Assembly (NCBI GenBank): GCA_964057225.1
Contig: OZ059896.1
Coordinates: forward strand, 16,988,001-17,052,000
DNA length: 64,000 bases
DNA from: Auanema rhodensis
Taxonomy: Eukaryota > Animalia > Nematoda
Direction: 5' to 3'
Shown here piece by piece: positions 26,301-39,624 of this stretch; the first letter of the stretch is position 1; every line of letters begins with the position of its first letter. The notes beneath the pieces are model-generated. The model saw nothing but the letters and a program-made list of their open reading frames with translations, was not told where the DNA came from and searched no databases. The position numbers and the translations under genes are program-made.

Positions 26301-28260
26301 TTTTCTTTTGGATTTTCAAGAAAACGTTAAATTTTATCTTGCCATTTGAGATAATAGTTCAAAATAAAGAGAAAAAGAAGCATGAAAAAAAAACTTATAG
26401 TAAGATTCAAAATGTTGATCCATATATGTATATTATTCCAAAAAATTATATGTTTCAGATGAAATTCTGCAAATTCTATTACCAACTCAAGAATTATTCC
26501 CAATAAGAAATATAGAAAATGAAGAGTTTTCCTAATTTCAAAGTACTCAAATTGTTTTTTTTTTGTTTTTTTCGAATGTTTTTTTGCAAAACAAAAGAAT
26601 GAAAAAATATTGAGGAACAGCATGCTCCATCAGCAATCAAACCTCTCTCATGTATATTAAGATATATTACATGCTGGTTCAGATCCTTTTATTATTCTTT
26701 CTACCTGAAGTTTTTGAAAAAATTAATTATTTTTTCCTTTTTTTATATGACCCTAATCATATCCTTTTTTATTCTTCTTATTAAAAATTGTTGATATGTT
26801 CAAGCAATCATTACAATTTTTTTACAAACAATTGCCAGTGAGAGATGATTTGTAAGGCGGAGTTTTTTTTTTCGAATAATTATCTATCTGCAATCAGAAT
26901 CTGATTCAATTCTCAGTATATCCAAACAAAATTCTTAGGTGGTCAAGTTATAGCCGACCAGATATAGACATATGTTCCAAAATATGTAATCAGCATTACT
27001 CAATGGCTTACAATCATAGACACTAGAGAAAAAGAAACCCCAATAAATAATGTATTTCTCAGCAGTTTTAAAAAAAAAAAAGGTGAAGACACATGAAACG
27101 AGGTGGGGGAGGAGATAAATGAAATTTCAGCTTGAATATTCAAGTATTTTTCCATTTACAGTGAATTTTATGCTCAAATGCCCATGACTTTTCCCTATTT
27201 CTACCTTCATGCACATACCTGAAGACGTTCACTTCCTATTTTATCTAATTGAATAACTAAAAAGCAACGAATTCGTTTGTTAAGCTATATTATAGTATCT
27301 GGAAGTATTAAAAGTAAAAAACCATCGGTGTTAACATTTTTTTTGTTGCAAAGCATATGCAAGTCTGTAAAAATCAAGCTGGTGCTCTGACGAGCACTGC
27401 TCTTTCGCATCCGGTCGCATCTCGGCGGGATGACTAATTCAGTTTTCAGACTATGCGTTTTTGAATATTATTCTCCTGAATCTGACAGGAAAAAATACTT
27501 GTTTCATGTAAAAAATATAATAATACATATAAACACAGATGTATTATTCTATCACATTTTGATTTTTATACCATATTTCTTACTTAATTAATATTTTTTT
27601 CATATAATTTAAATTGACTGAGAAATAAGCAAAAGAATAATAAACCTGTTCATATCGTGCAATATCTGCACAGATGCTCAGACATATACATGCTCATGTA
27701 TACTACCTCGCTGTATACAATGCCAATTTGATTTTTATTTATATCTGCAAAGCCTGAAGCACCCCGGTTATTCGGTCTTCGTTTTGAAATCAGACTCATC
27801 CATATTTCTATTTTTTACCCTCTGCCCAAAATGCATATTTCATCATATATTCGAACAAATAACTAAATATTCTTAACTATTCTCTTACTTTACAGAAATT
27901 TGGGTCTATTGCTATAGTACATTATGTTCATACCTCTGACCTTATTCAAATATCTCAACGAATTGCAATTTGCATTTTGATGAAGCAAGTAAAGGTTAAA
28001 CAATGAAAACAAGGAACACTTCTAAAGCTTTTTGGAAGACCAATTAGCAATGTGTTGCTGAGGGCGATTTTTGATCGTCCAGCCATACCTGAATACTATC
28101 TTGCTTGTTACCATATCATTGCTCGCATCCCCCGCTAACATTACATCTTTCACTCATCAAAACATGAAGTAAAACAGCCCAAATCTTCTGGTTATGACCT
28201 ATTTTAGAAAATAAAAAAATGTGCAGAGGTGCATTTATTTCTAGTTTTATTAGAATTTAT

Positions 28261-28303
<43 letters not shown>
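28261..28303. repeat. Compound (TC)n(TA)n microsatellite
   Basis: Direct inspection. Confidence 0.95.
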
Positions 28304-28306
<3 letters not shown>

Positions 28307-30834
28307 TAGCCGATCAAAATTATATTTTATTCGAAAATTATAATTAAGACTCACCTGATATCCAATTACTTTCCAACACATATACAACCGTTCACCTGAC
28401 AACTACTCAAATAAATGATATTTTTCACGTGGACAATATGAGTGTACGTCAACACATATGTAAATGAATATATATATATATGTGTATATCTAGATATCTG
28501 TATATTCTTCATTTAAATATCTTGTTCATGCATGTTTCTGCATAATTAATAACAAAAATCTGTACAACCCTTAGATATATATACATAAGCTACATCATTC
28601 TTATTTGTGATTTTGTCAATTAGAAAAACGATTTAAATAAACAATGACCAGAATAATCAGTATGAAATCTGAGAGAGACTACACTATAGCTTCATTCTGA
28701 TTCTATGAGACTTAAGGTTGTTTATATTCGGAACTCAGCAAGGAACCTATACTTTATACATTTTTCTTCTTTTTTTTTTCTTTTTTTCATCGCCTTCAGT
28801 TTAAAAAAAATTAATATCTATATTTTTTTAAATATACTTTATTATTTTAAATATATTATATATATATATTATTGTTATTATATATATTACTCTTCTTATA
28901 AATCAGTTCCTCTCCCTCTTTTTTCCTGTATATTTAAAGCCTAAGCAAATTAGAAAAAATCTTTTTTTTTGTCTAGAATAAATCAAAGCCACTATCACAT
29001 TGTATGACACATGATATAGTATTTTATATAAATAAGAGATATAATAGCTTTACAAATAATCTAATGAACTAGATTAGTTTAGATTATTGGTCCAGAAAAC
29101 TCCCTGAAACAGAGTTAAATTTGATTATGATGTTCATCTAGTTATGTAGTTTCTATAGTATATTCGAGATCAAACTACTTAAAACGAAATTCATCTATTT
29201 AACCATTTGTTTCCACTTATTTCTTATATAAATAAATAAATATATAGATATACATGTAAAGATATATATATATGTTCATCTTATAAATATAAGCAATGTT
29301 TTATTTATCTTTCTGCAAACTTATGTTTGACAATCATTTCAAGCAAACCTATTACCCTCATTAATGTAAAGCATTTGCTTTTTTCGCTCAAACTTATCAT
29401 TTAAAACAAATACAATAAGATAATCCGCCACTTTTTTTCAGCTCAAAAGCACACGCTGCTTCTTTTCTTCTTTTTTTTTCTTTTTCTGCACATATTATCA
29501 TACAATAATGAGCATCGAAGTAAGAAGAAGAGAAATACTTAAGCTAATAAGGTTAAGTAAAATATGAATTCAAATAGATAGTAAGATATAGATATATAGA
29601 TATATAAAGCTGACAATCTTACTTCAAATTAGTTTACTGAATATACAACTTGATATCTTTGTCTTTGAAGTCCTTAAACGCCATTTTTCTTTGTTTTTCT
29701 TCCACAATTCTTCAGATTTTGTTGTCTTCATCATCTGTGTCATTAGGCATCATGTACATCTTCGACTTGTCTCCCGTTTCCGTTCTCTTTTCTATTCTCA
29801 TCATCTCTACCCACCCCCATCTTGGACGACTCATTTTTTTCTCCAAAAAAAAACATAGCAATCTTCATGATATTGCAGTTCCTTGTTGATATAGTAGCAT
29901 TTGAGGTATCGTCTCTATAATTACAAATTTCTTTGATTGTTTTTAGCGCATCATTTTCTGTCTTCAACCGTATATATCATGATTATCAGCTATTTACCAT
30001 GTTTTTCATTGGTGCTCAGGCAATAAACGTGTATTAAGCTAGAGAAAGACATGGAAAAAACGAAAAATTGTTCGTTCACTTCTGCTTTGTTTTAGTTTTA
30101 CTTATGCTGTACCCGCCCATGTTTTCGATCTGGTTTTACACCTTGTTTTTGCTCCATTTATTTCACTGCTCATTCATGTCAATTTTCCGTTTCTCTATCG
30201 CTCAATGATCGTTTTAGCTCATATTCCCTTTGCAACCAACAATCAAAGATAAAGTTTTGAGATCATTTCTCATAAATGTTGTAGACCTCTTGTATTTCCA
30301 AATTTTTTCAAGTATGTTCTTCACGGCAATTATCGAAGTCTCCTCCTTCATATCTTATATGTTGTTTCTCTTTAAAAGTTCACGCCTTCTTGAAATTTAA
30401 ACAACTGATACAAAAAAATATATATACTATAAGAAAGCTCGTCAATATAGTAGAACATCATTTAGAAATTCTATATCTTTCATATCTATCCCAACAATTT
30501 TTAAATATTATATTAAGCTTATAATCGCAAGTTCCCTAACTGCTTTTATAAATTCCATTAAAAAAAGAAAAATCTTTAAATCTAAAGTAATATAAGATGG
30601 TATTATATTTTTTTAGAATTTTAACGAACAAGAAAAAGCGAAAAAATCCAAAACTTACAGCGTTTTCTTTGTAATTTCTTTCCTCATACTGATACTTCCT
30701 TTATCCCCACGTCCACTTTCTATCTCCGTCTCTCTCGTTTTATTGTGCATAATTACTTTATACTTTTTGTTTTACGCATTTTCCAACATATTTTTACGCA
30801 TTTGAAACTTGAATAAGCAACATGTTTTCAGAAG

Positions 30835-33800
30835 ATGACTGCCGAAGAGGTAATGCTGGAAATATATCCTCCAGATAATTCAACAGATGAATTATGCTTA
30901 TTCATTCCTCCACCTATGACAGAATTACGCTTTTGGCTTGTAACAGTATTTGGATCTGTAATATCCTTTATTAGTATGGCAAATAATATTCTTTTATTCT
31001 ATAATTTCTTAACAAAGTAAGTTTATTTAGTGTTTAAACCTTAAAAATATGTTGGAACTAAGATTTAAGCAGAAGTGTTGTCAACATATCTGTTATAGTA
31101 ATCGAAATATAATAGTTATAGCCCTTTTAAAGGTCGTTGTATGGACATATCAACACATACATTTACAAATTAATGTTTATAAGTTGTTAACATTTGAATT
31201 AATAGCTTAATGAACTTTATTCCATTACTGTACAAATAATAGCTTTACACCTCAACTTTACAACTTTTCCATATTCATATTTCTATTAAATTACTAAAAA
31301 TTCTCTACTTTATAAAAAATAATTATTTTATTTATTTTTAGAAAACATCATCGCACTAACTATAACCTATACCTGATGTTATTAGCATTTTTCGATATTT
31401 TTGTAAGTATGGCATATGTATTTCTGATGTCAGTTAATGTTCTTTCTGATTATCTTCAATCACCGTTATTATTGAAAGCCTGGTAAGTAGTTATATACTT
31501 ATATATATGTATAAAAGCATAATGAAACAAGTTTTAACTAATTTTTTAGGTATTTCTATATGGTACCAATGATTACAATATCACATATTGCTATGACATC
31601 ATCATCCAATCTCATTGTGGCAGCCACATTTGAACGATATTGTATGACAGTTAACATGAAATTATTACCATTTGTTCAAAAGTAAGATTTTATTATTATA
31701 TTAACAAGAAAATAATATATTCTTTCTTATTCTAATATTTATTTTAATTTTAGAAATCGCAAATTAATTGCGTTTGTATCTATTCTTCTGGGAATTGTTA
31801 GTAAGGGTACTATGTGCTTAGAATTTGAGGTTATTATTATATTTTAATAAAAATTACTATTTATCATTAAAATTTATATACTATACATATAAATAATTTT
31901 TAGATTTTTGATAATCCGGAGTGTGAAGGGACAATGAGTGCAACAAGTTTAGCCTATCGTCCATTCGTATTTGATACTCCTTATCATATCGTCTGGAGAT
32001 TTTGGTATGTTTCTTCTTCAAAATAGCTGTATTTGACTATAATTTTATTGTAATTTCTTTAGGTATCGTAACTTTGTAACAATATTTGCTCCATTTTTCA
32101 TATTAGCATTTCTTAATATACGAATTGTTAAAGCATTAACAATCCATACAAATCTCACAGTTTGTCAACTAGCAGGCAATGCAGCAGTAGAGCAAGCTAA
32201 GAGAAAGGTAATTTTAAATTTTTTTCCAATTGTCATCTTATTTTTACAAAAAAAAAGAAGAACAAAAAAAGCAAATTTATAATTATTTTAAAGAATTATA
32301 TATGACCTAAATGAAACAAAAATGTTTTTTTAATACATAAAATTAATTTTTTACGAAATTGTTTTCTGTAGAATACAGAGGATAATGGTAGAAGTGCTGC
32401 TGAAAGGAAGGTAAACATGTGATGAACAATAGCATTTTCATCAAAAAAATAAAGATTGAATGAAAGAAAGAGCATGATAAACTATCTGCAAATAATTTTT
32501 TGCTTGCTTGAATTTCAAATAACTATTTTACCTATTTTAACTTTGGTTATCTGAATGCAATAGATATGCATATGTTAATTTATTATATAATTTAGAAATA
32601 GTAGAATTATTTTAATAATTATTATTAATATAACATTAATTTACTATAGTTTTGTTTATTTATTTATTTATTTTTGTTTAATTTTTTAGATTTATTGGCA
32701 ACCCATTACTTATTATTATTTTGAAATATATTATAATATATTCATTTCAATTCAATATATCTGAATGTTTAGGCTACCGTCCGAGCAGCAACACGAACTC
32801 TAGTTTTGGTTGTCTTCTGTTATCTCATCAGCAATATTATTAATGTAGCTTTAACTATTTGGGAACATTTGGATAAAGAGGGTCTTCAATCCACACATAT
32901 CAAGTAAGTTTTTCGTTATATACATGTATATATCAACTTCTCGAGTTTAAATTTGTTTGTTGTTCCAACTAATTTTGAAATATTTGAATAATTAGGAGAA
33001 GAAGAACATTCAATGTTCCTTGTTATTACAATAGTTTATTTTGCTTTTTTTCGGTATTTTCTATGAAAAAAAAAAGATTTTTTTGTTAAATAAGATAATT
33101 GTTTATATTATTCAAAAAAAAAGAAAAAATGATGTTAATTTATTTATTTAGTGCCTATGTTATTGCTGTTGATATGGTATCGTTGCTGACAACATTAGCC
33201 TGTGCTTTTCGATTACCCATTTACATGTCATGTCAAGTTGCATTAAGACGAGAACTTTTGGATATATTAAAAGATTTATTTTCAAAGGATGAACTTAAGA
33301 AAAAGGTATTTTACAATTTACTGCTATGAAACTTGTTTTGAGAGCCTACATAGCATTGCTTTGAGGCACAAGTATCAAGCTTTAACTTTGTTTCAAAGAA
33401 AACCTCAGCCAACTTGAACTCAAAGAATATAAGTTAAGACAAAGTTATTGCCACACTCTAATCTTAAAGAGATTTAGATGAAATTAACGTTGATTAATGC
33501 TGTAAAGCATTCATTCATTCATAATCCTTTTCCCTGATCTTCTCACTTTTCAGAGCAAAGAAACCGAATATCTAGTTGGTAATGATAAAAGATTTTCCAT
33601 AACCATTACAACACGAGCATCAGCATTAGAATGCTCACAAGAAGGGAAAGAAACACCATTGGTAAGCATATATCTTCATTAAAAAACTTTTTTTTTGTAA
33701 ATTAATCATTTCTGGTAACGTACGATAGCTTATGAACAGCTGAAATCTTTTCTTTTTCTTTAGCTATTGATATCTCTTTTTCTTTCTTTTCTATCAAAAC

Positions 33801-34745
33801 TATGCTTTGATTCTTTTTTTTAATTTTTAAATTTTCATTGTTATCATTCAATTTTTATTAATTTTTTTTGTCTGCAATGCTTAAATTTTTAAACAAAAAA
33901 TGTTGAATGTACTAATAGGTAGTGGATAAGCAGTCGACCAACGGATATGGAGCAATTGATTGTTAAGGTTTAAATATAACTTAATATTGAGTATATATGT
34001 ATGTACATATGTATATATTATCTGTTTTTGGCTTTTGTTTTTTACATTTATTTATATCTTTTTAACTATAATTTTAATAACTAAAAAGTGATTGTGAATA
34101 TTATTCGTTTTGCATAACGGCACTTATAATTTGATCATCCATCAAGCTGCAACACAGTGTTTTAAGCGTTTTTCATCACCAGCTTTTTTTTTCCTTTTCT
34201 TTGCTTACGTTTTGGCTTAACATATTGCTTTAACCGGATGTAGCATTTTCATGTTCACTTGCTCAAAAAACATTTTTTTTCGCCCTGAGATCAAAGTTGA
34301 GTATAGTATTCGGAAGAAAATTGAATTTCTTTTTTCAATTTTTTTTGATTGAAGCTTATTAAGGAAAATTGAGAAAAAATATTTATTGAGCATTTATTTC
34401 AAAAGAAGAAACTATCAATTTGAAAACTATACACACATATACACACATACACATAAGATTTTCAATTGAATTCAATGTTTTTAAATTTATAATTTATAAG
34501 AAATATTTTGAAAATATTTTAAATATTTGGATTCAATTGAATATAATCAAAGGATTTTTAATTTTAATTTTATTGTTTTCAAATTATAAATAATAATTAT
34601 TTAATTATAATAATATAATTACTTTCAGAGTTTATTACCAATTGATGGAGATGAAAATTATCCACTAGGCAAAGAAGTTTTAACTGGAGATCATAAATAC
34701 GAATGGAATCAATTTATTGATAATTCTTATGAAACAACTTTATAA
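30835..34745 (+). CDS. Class A (rhodopsin-like) peptide-type GPCR, nematode FMRFamide-receptor-like group
   Basis: TM1 FWLVTVFGSVISFISMANNILLF, TM2 YLMLLAFFDIFV, TM3 end IVAATFERYC, TM5 YRNFVTIFAPFFILAFLN, TM6 ATRTLVLVVFCYLISN, TM7 DMVSLLTTLACAFRLPIY; final exon ends YETTL-stop (PDZ-ligand-like). Confidence 0.88.
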
Positions 34746-35448
34746 GATCAAAAAGAATTTTGAGATATACATAAATACAAACAAACAAACAAATTGATTA
34801 TGTATATTACTGTTGTTAAGAAATATATGAAGTTTCATCTGAATGCCAACAAATATTTTATGTATCTGAAAATTTATAATTGAATTGAATTATTGGCATT
34901 TTATTATTACTTTTTTTCTTGTTAAAATAATATATGTTATGTGAAAAAACAATTTTCTTGAAAATTTATTAAAATCTTTATGTTTATTTGTTTTTTTTTT
35001 AAATTTTATTTATAAATTAAAAAAATAATAGAGAGAAACAGCTCTAATAATCTGAGAAACAAGTTGAATGAAATAGGAACAGAGACATCTAAATCATTGA
35101 CTTCGATTTACTTCTTTGTTCATTTCACTCTTCATCGTTCAAATCTCACTAATCTTACGAGCTGGTTCAATATTTTCTTCGACTCTCTAACAGGAAATAC
35201 TTACTTGAATCCGGATGTAGGCAAAGCAAGTTGGGCAGTTTATGGACAGAAAAATACCGATTTGATTGACGGAAGGATTGGAAAACAGATCTGAAAATCT
35301 TCTAACAATTATTGTTTAAAGATATTGACCTCATTAAGCTTATATAAAACAACAATATTTTAAAAGAGAATGTTATTTGTTCTTCAATTTACTACAACCT
35401 TTTTTTTATTGCTACAGTATATTCATATAACGCATTGCTGAAACAAGC

Positions 35449-36162
35449 ATGTTCACTAAGTTTCAAGCTTTTTTCCTTCTCATAGTATTGCTACATATCG
35501 TCTCCTCTTGCCCAGGCTTATTAGGTGGAGGAGGAGGTGGAGGTTGCGGTTGTTGCGGAGGTGGCTGCGGATGTGGTGGTTGCGGGTGTGGAGGAGGAGG
35601 TGGAGGACTACTCGGCCGAAAGAAACGGTAAGTATTTACATGTTTTTGTTGAAATTTGGTATACTGTCGTGTGAGTGAAGGATATCAGCTGGATTCAAAA
35701 ATGAAGGTTCACACTTTATAATATTCATAGTTGAACTACAAAATCTTATATTTCTGAAGAGTAAAATGAAACGTCAGAAACGGTGTTTCAAGCTTTCTGT
35801 TTACAAACTCCAAAACATGCGTACATATATGTGCATATAGTATCTTCATATCTTTATTTAATTTATTTTTAATTCAGGTCAACTGAAGTTGATGAGAAAT
35901 GTAACAATGATGAGTTAAAAAGAATAATTTTTGAGGTTTGATTCACATATTATTTTCTTATTTTAATTTGTAAAAATTAATATAGAATATGGATAAAGAT
36001 GCTGAAAAATCAAAAACAAAAATTCATGAAGCATTGGCTAATAAATCAGCGACATTCTCAGTTTTTTGCCATAATGATACTTCGGCCATTGTTGTAGCAG
36101 ATAGCATTGCCTATTGTACTGTGTCAAATTCATTCCATAGCTGTACAGCTTTAAGTTTTTAA
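35449..36162 (+). CDS. Ground-like (grl) hedgehog-related secreted protein
   Basis: Three exons: signal peptide, Gly/Cys-rich segment, RKKR, then ground-like domain CNNDELKRII..SKTKIH..FSVFC..YCTVSNSFHSCTALSF. Confidence 0.85.
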
Positions 36163-36353
36163 GTTTTAAGTTTATCATGTAAAATAATAATATTGAAATT
36201 TCTAATAATAATTGTTTATTTGATCAAAAAATAAAATAAGTTAAGTAAGTTTTCTGTAATCTTTCAAAGCACAATGGAAATAACACAAAATTCAAACACA
36301 CCAACTGATGGTGATGGCTTGAATTTTATCTACTCATGAAGCTTAAAGTTGAA

Positions 36354-37828
36354 TTAAGTTATTCGATTTTGCCACCATTTCTTAAACTTGATGTATATCT
36401 TTGGATGGCTTTTCAAGAGAAACAAAGGAAACAGAGCATGTAGATAAATGATTGGTATATACCACACTTCCTGAAAATGAAAAGTTACTCATGCGCCTGA
36501 AACTGAGATCAAGCTTTACTAACCCTTTGAAGCATTCTCTCTGAATACGTAAAGTTGCGATTAAGTGAGTAGAAATCAATAACTATTGGTAGAAAGAAGC
36601 AAAAAGCAATAAGAAGGTTACATTTTGTCATGAATAAGCTTGTGGCCAAATTTTCTCTCATTTGAAATCGGATTGATAGCGTAGAATAGTGATGTTTCAA
36701 ATATTCTAGCTCATGTTGTAGATTTTTCTGAAAAAAATTCAAAAGAGTTTAGTCGTTCTTAGAAAAATAGTTCCAAATAATTCATTATCAGTAAAACATA
36801 CCCGAAACAGATTAAAAAATATTCCACAAAATATTGAATTAAAGAAGAAAACTATAAATATCCAGGCATTTCGTTGATAAATAGTTTTATTTAATTCATT
36901 CAATTCACAAGCAGAGAATTCTTGTTGAGCTTGTGCAAAAGAATTAAAATTAAATAAAATTATAAATGGTAATGGTAGCCACTGAAAAGAGCAAAAATTT
37001 AAAAAAAAGGACGAAAATCAAGAGGAAAGTCAGCTTATTAGGATGATTAAAGTTGGAAAGTTAAAATTTTGATGATTTATTACTCAAACGTAATTAATTT
37101 GCTGAAATAGAGAGAAAGAGAGAAAGAGAGAGACAGAGAGAAAGAGAGAGAGAGAGAGCGAGAGAGTGAGAGAGAAAGAGAGAGAGAAAGAGATATGAAA
37201 AAGTAGTAAACGAACCAAAATGGAGCAAGTACGATTGAGTATAAACGTCCAGCTGGTATATTCGTATGAACGATAGTTATGAGTAGCATAAACTCGTTCT
37301 ATTATTAATAAAAAAGTAAAAATACAGAATATTATACATAAATAGTTAGGAAATGAAGTATTTGCAGAACAACTATCATCGGATAAATCAATTATTAATG
37401 AATTGATAGTATTCTGAAATTATAATATTGAAATTTAAAATCAAATTATAAAAAATATTTTTATATTTTAGTAAAACAATTTATTTTATTTACATATATT
37501 TATTATAAATTAATTATTTAATTACCGATTGTGATTGCCAGTCAGATATTGCCAATATTGAACGAAATATTCCAAAAATGGATGAAAATAAGAAGATTAA
37601 ACAAATATGTTGAATGATTAAGCCCATATGAGCATGAAAAGACGAATCATTTCGTATTATGATTCGTAGAACCACACAAGTCTATATGGAAAACATATAG
37701 ATTACTGAAATATATATTATATGGATAGGTTATGTTATAGTTATGTTTGAATTTAATACATAGTTACAACATATAGTTAATGAAAACTTACAAATATCAA
37801 AGAGACGGAGAGCAGTTAGAGAATCCAT
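36354..37828 (-). pseudogene. Serpentine chemoreceptor (Sra/Srab/Sre superfamily), 5' end apparently disrupted
   Basis: FHAHMGL, IIERVYATHNYRSYE, LSIRFQMRENL and TM7 exon EVWYIPIIYLHALFPLFLL..stop. The best N-terminal model needs a frameshift in a CT run near 37800 and has an in-frame TAG at 37684-37682. Confidence 0.6.
37109..37192. repeat. Degenerate (GA)n tract inside a chemoreceptor intron
   Basis: Direct inspection. Confidence 0.85.
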
Positions 37829-38809
37829 GACTTTGGCTTTTGATTACCTGTTGACGTAAAGAGAGAGAAAAGGAGAGAGAGAGAGAGAGAAATCACTCGT
37901 TGAATGAAACAAGTAAGCTGAAACGTGGCACAAGTTAATCACAAAGCATATTCGTAATGAAAGAAACAAATAGCTAAAGAACATCGAATATACAGATGGG
38001 AAGAGGAAAAAAAAGGTGAAAAGAGATGAAATGCTTTTTCAGATGACTAATGTAATGGTTTTGAAACAAAACATTGTCTTTTTATTGTTTTTCAATGAAT
38101 GAGAAAAGGATAAATACATAATAATAGAAGTTTAATGAACAATGTAAAGTTCTGTTTATGTGTCATCAAATGAATGAAAATTTCAAAATTCTAAAAAAAG
38201 ATAATCGTTGTATCGATAAGAGATTAGTGAGCAAAGATGGTCTAGGAAGATATGAGTAATCTCATTAATTTTTATTTAATTTTTAAAAATACAAATAATG
38301 ATAAACAACATGAAGTTAAAGAACAAATTTTAAAAATCCACAAAAATCATTGAGATTAAAGTATGGAAATCAATCTCAATCTACAAGTTGACATTGGTGC
38401 ATATAGTAACTCAAATTCAACATTATATATTTCGAAATTTAAAAGAAATTTCTTAATTTAATAATAAAACGATGGAGCCATATGAGGAATAGCATGTCAT
38501 ATTGATAATAACAAGCACGTGACAACTACCTACTCAGATGACGACGGCAGCAGCAACGACAAGCATGACAACGTTCGAGGCGGCCGGTGTTTCTGGTAAT
38601 GGTGGTGGTGTTGGAGGAATCAATATGGCACAACTAAGATATCTTTAACAAAGCTGAGAACGTGGCTAAGATATAATATGTAGATATTTATGAGATTCCT
38701 ATTCTCTAATTCTCTTTCTCTCATTCTTTTATGTGACAACATATGCATACATATTTTTATTTTAATTCACATATATTATATAATATATACTATATATACA
38801 TACATATGT

Positions 38810-38810
<1 letters not shown>

Positions 38811-38855
<45 letters not shown>
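38811..38855. repeat. (CT)n microsatellite
   Basis: Direct inspection. Confidence 0.95.
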
Positions 38856-39624
38856 CCTTTCTGTTCCTCCATGTCCACCTTTCAGTATATATTTTCTCTG
38901 CCATCTCCTACTGTCTACCGATCTTTTGAAAAATTCATTACACTTCCTCCTACTTTGTCTATTTTCCCTTAAATATAGTTATAAACATTCTTACAACTTC
39001 CATATTCTATAGAATATATGTGGTATACATCGATATTTATATATAAAATAAATTAAATAGTTAACTAAATTTCTTTAAATTGAAATTGAAAACTTTATTT
39101 AATTTATTAGTTGACACTACAATATTCAGAGAACAAATTAATTTTTTACTTGAACATCAAAAAAAATTAAAAACGTATCAAAATTGAAATTCTCAGTATA
39201 TAAAGATAATTTATTGAAAAATAATTGAAAATATTGAAAAAATCAAAAGTTTGATAATTATTTGTTCCAATTACTCCATTTTTATATCAACGTTTCCTTG
39301 AATTTGAGGGTAAAATGAATTCCAAAATAGGACAGAAAATTCAAAAAAAAAAAAGAAAAAAGGGAAGAGAATTTGATAATATATACATACATACTATATA
39401 TCATACAAAGGAAAATATAAAGCAAATAAGATAGGAAATGTCCTTGTTTCCACAAAAATTTCAAATTCATCTCAAATGACATCATTATTGATTTGAATCT
39501 GAATTATTTTCTCTTTTTTTCTGAAATATCAAAAAGGATGTGACAGCTGAATCCACAATCACGTCGTCTCTACATAAATGTTGGAATTCTGAAATGGATG
39601 AAAGACAATTCTTCTACATCCACA

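Noticed and set aside
38228-38250. miRNA-like seeds (GTGAGCAAAG miR-87-like here; TGACTAGAGA near 23947; TGAGATCATT near 30258)
   Set aside because: Only about 10-nt matches, with no supporting precursor hairpin.
38530-38640. GC-rich stretch reading MTTAAATTSMTTFEAAGVSGNGGGVGG (+) or IPPTPPPLPETP (-)
   Set aside because: Short, with no splice-supported link to a gene model and no recognisable motif.
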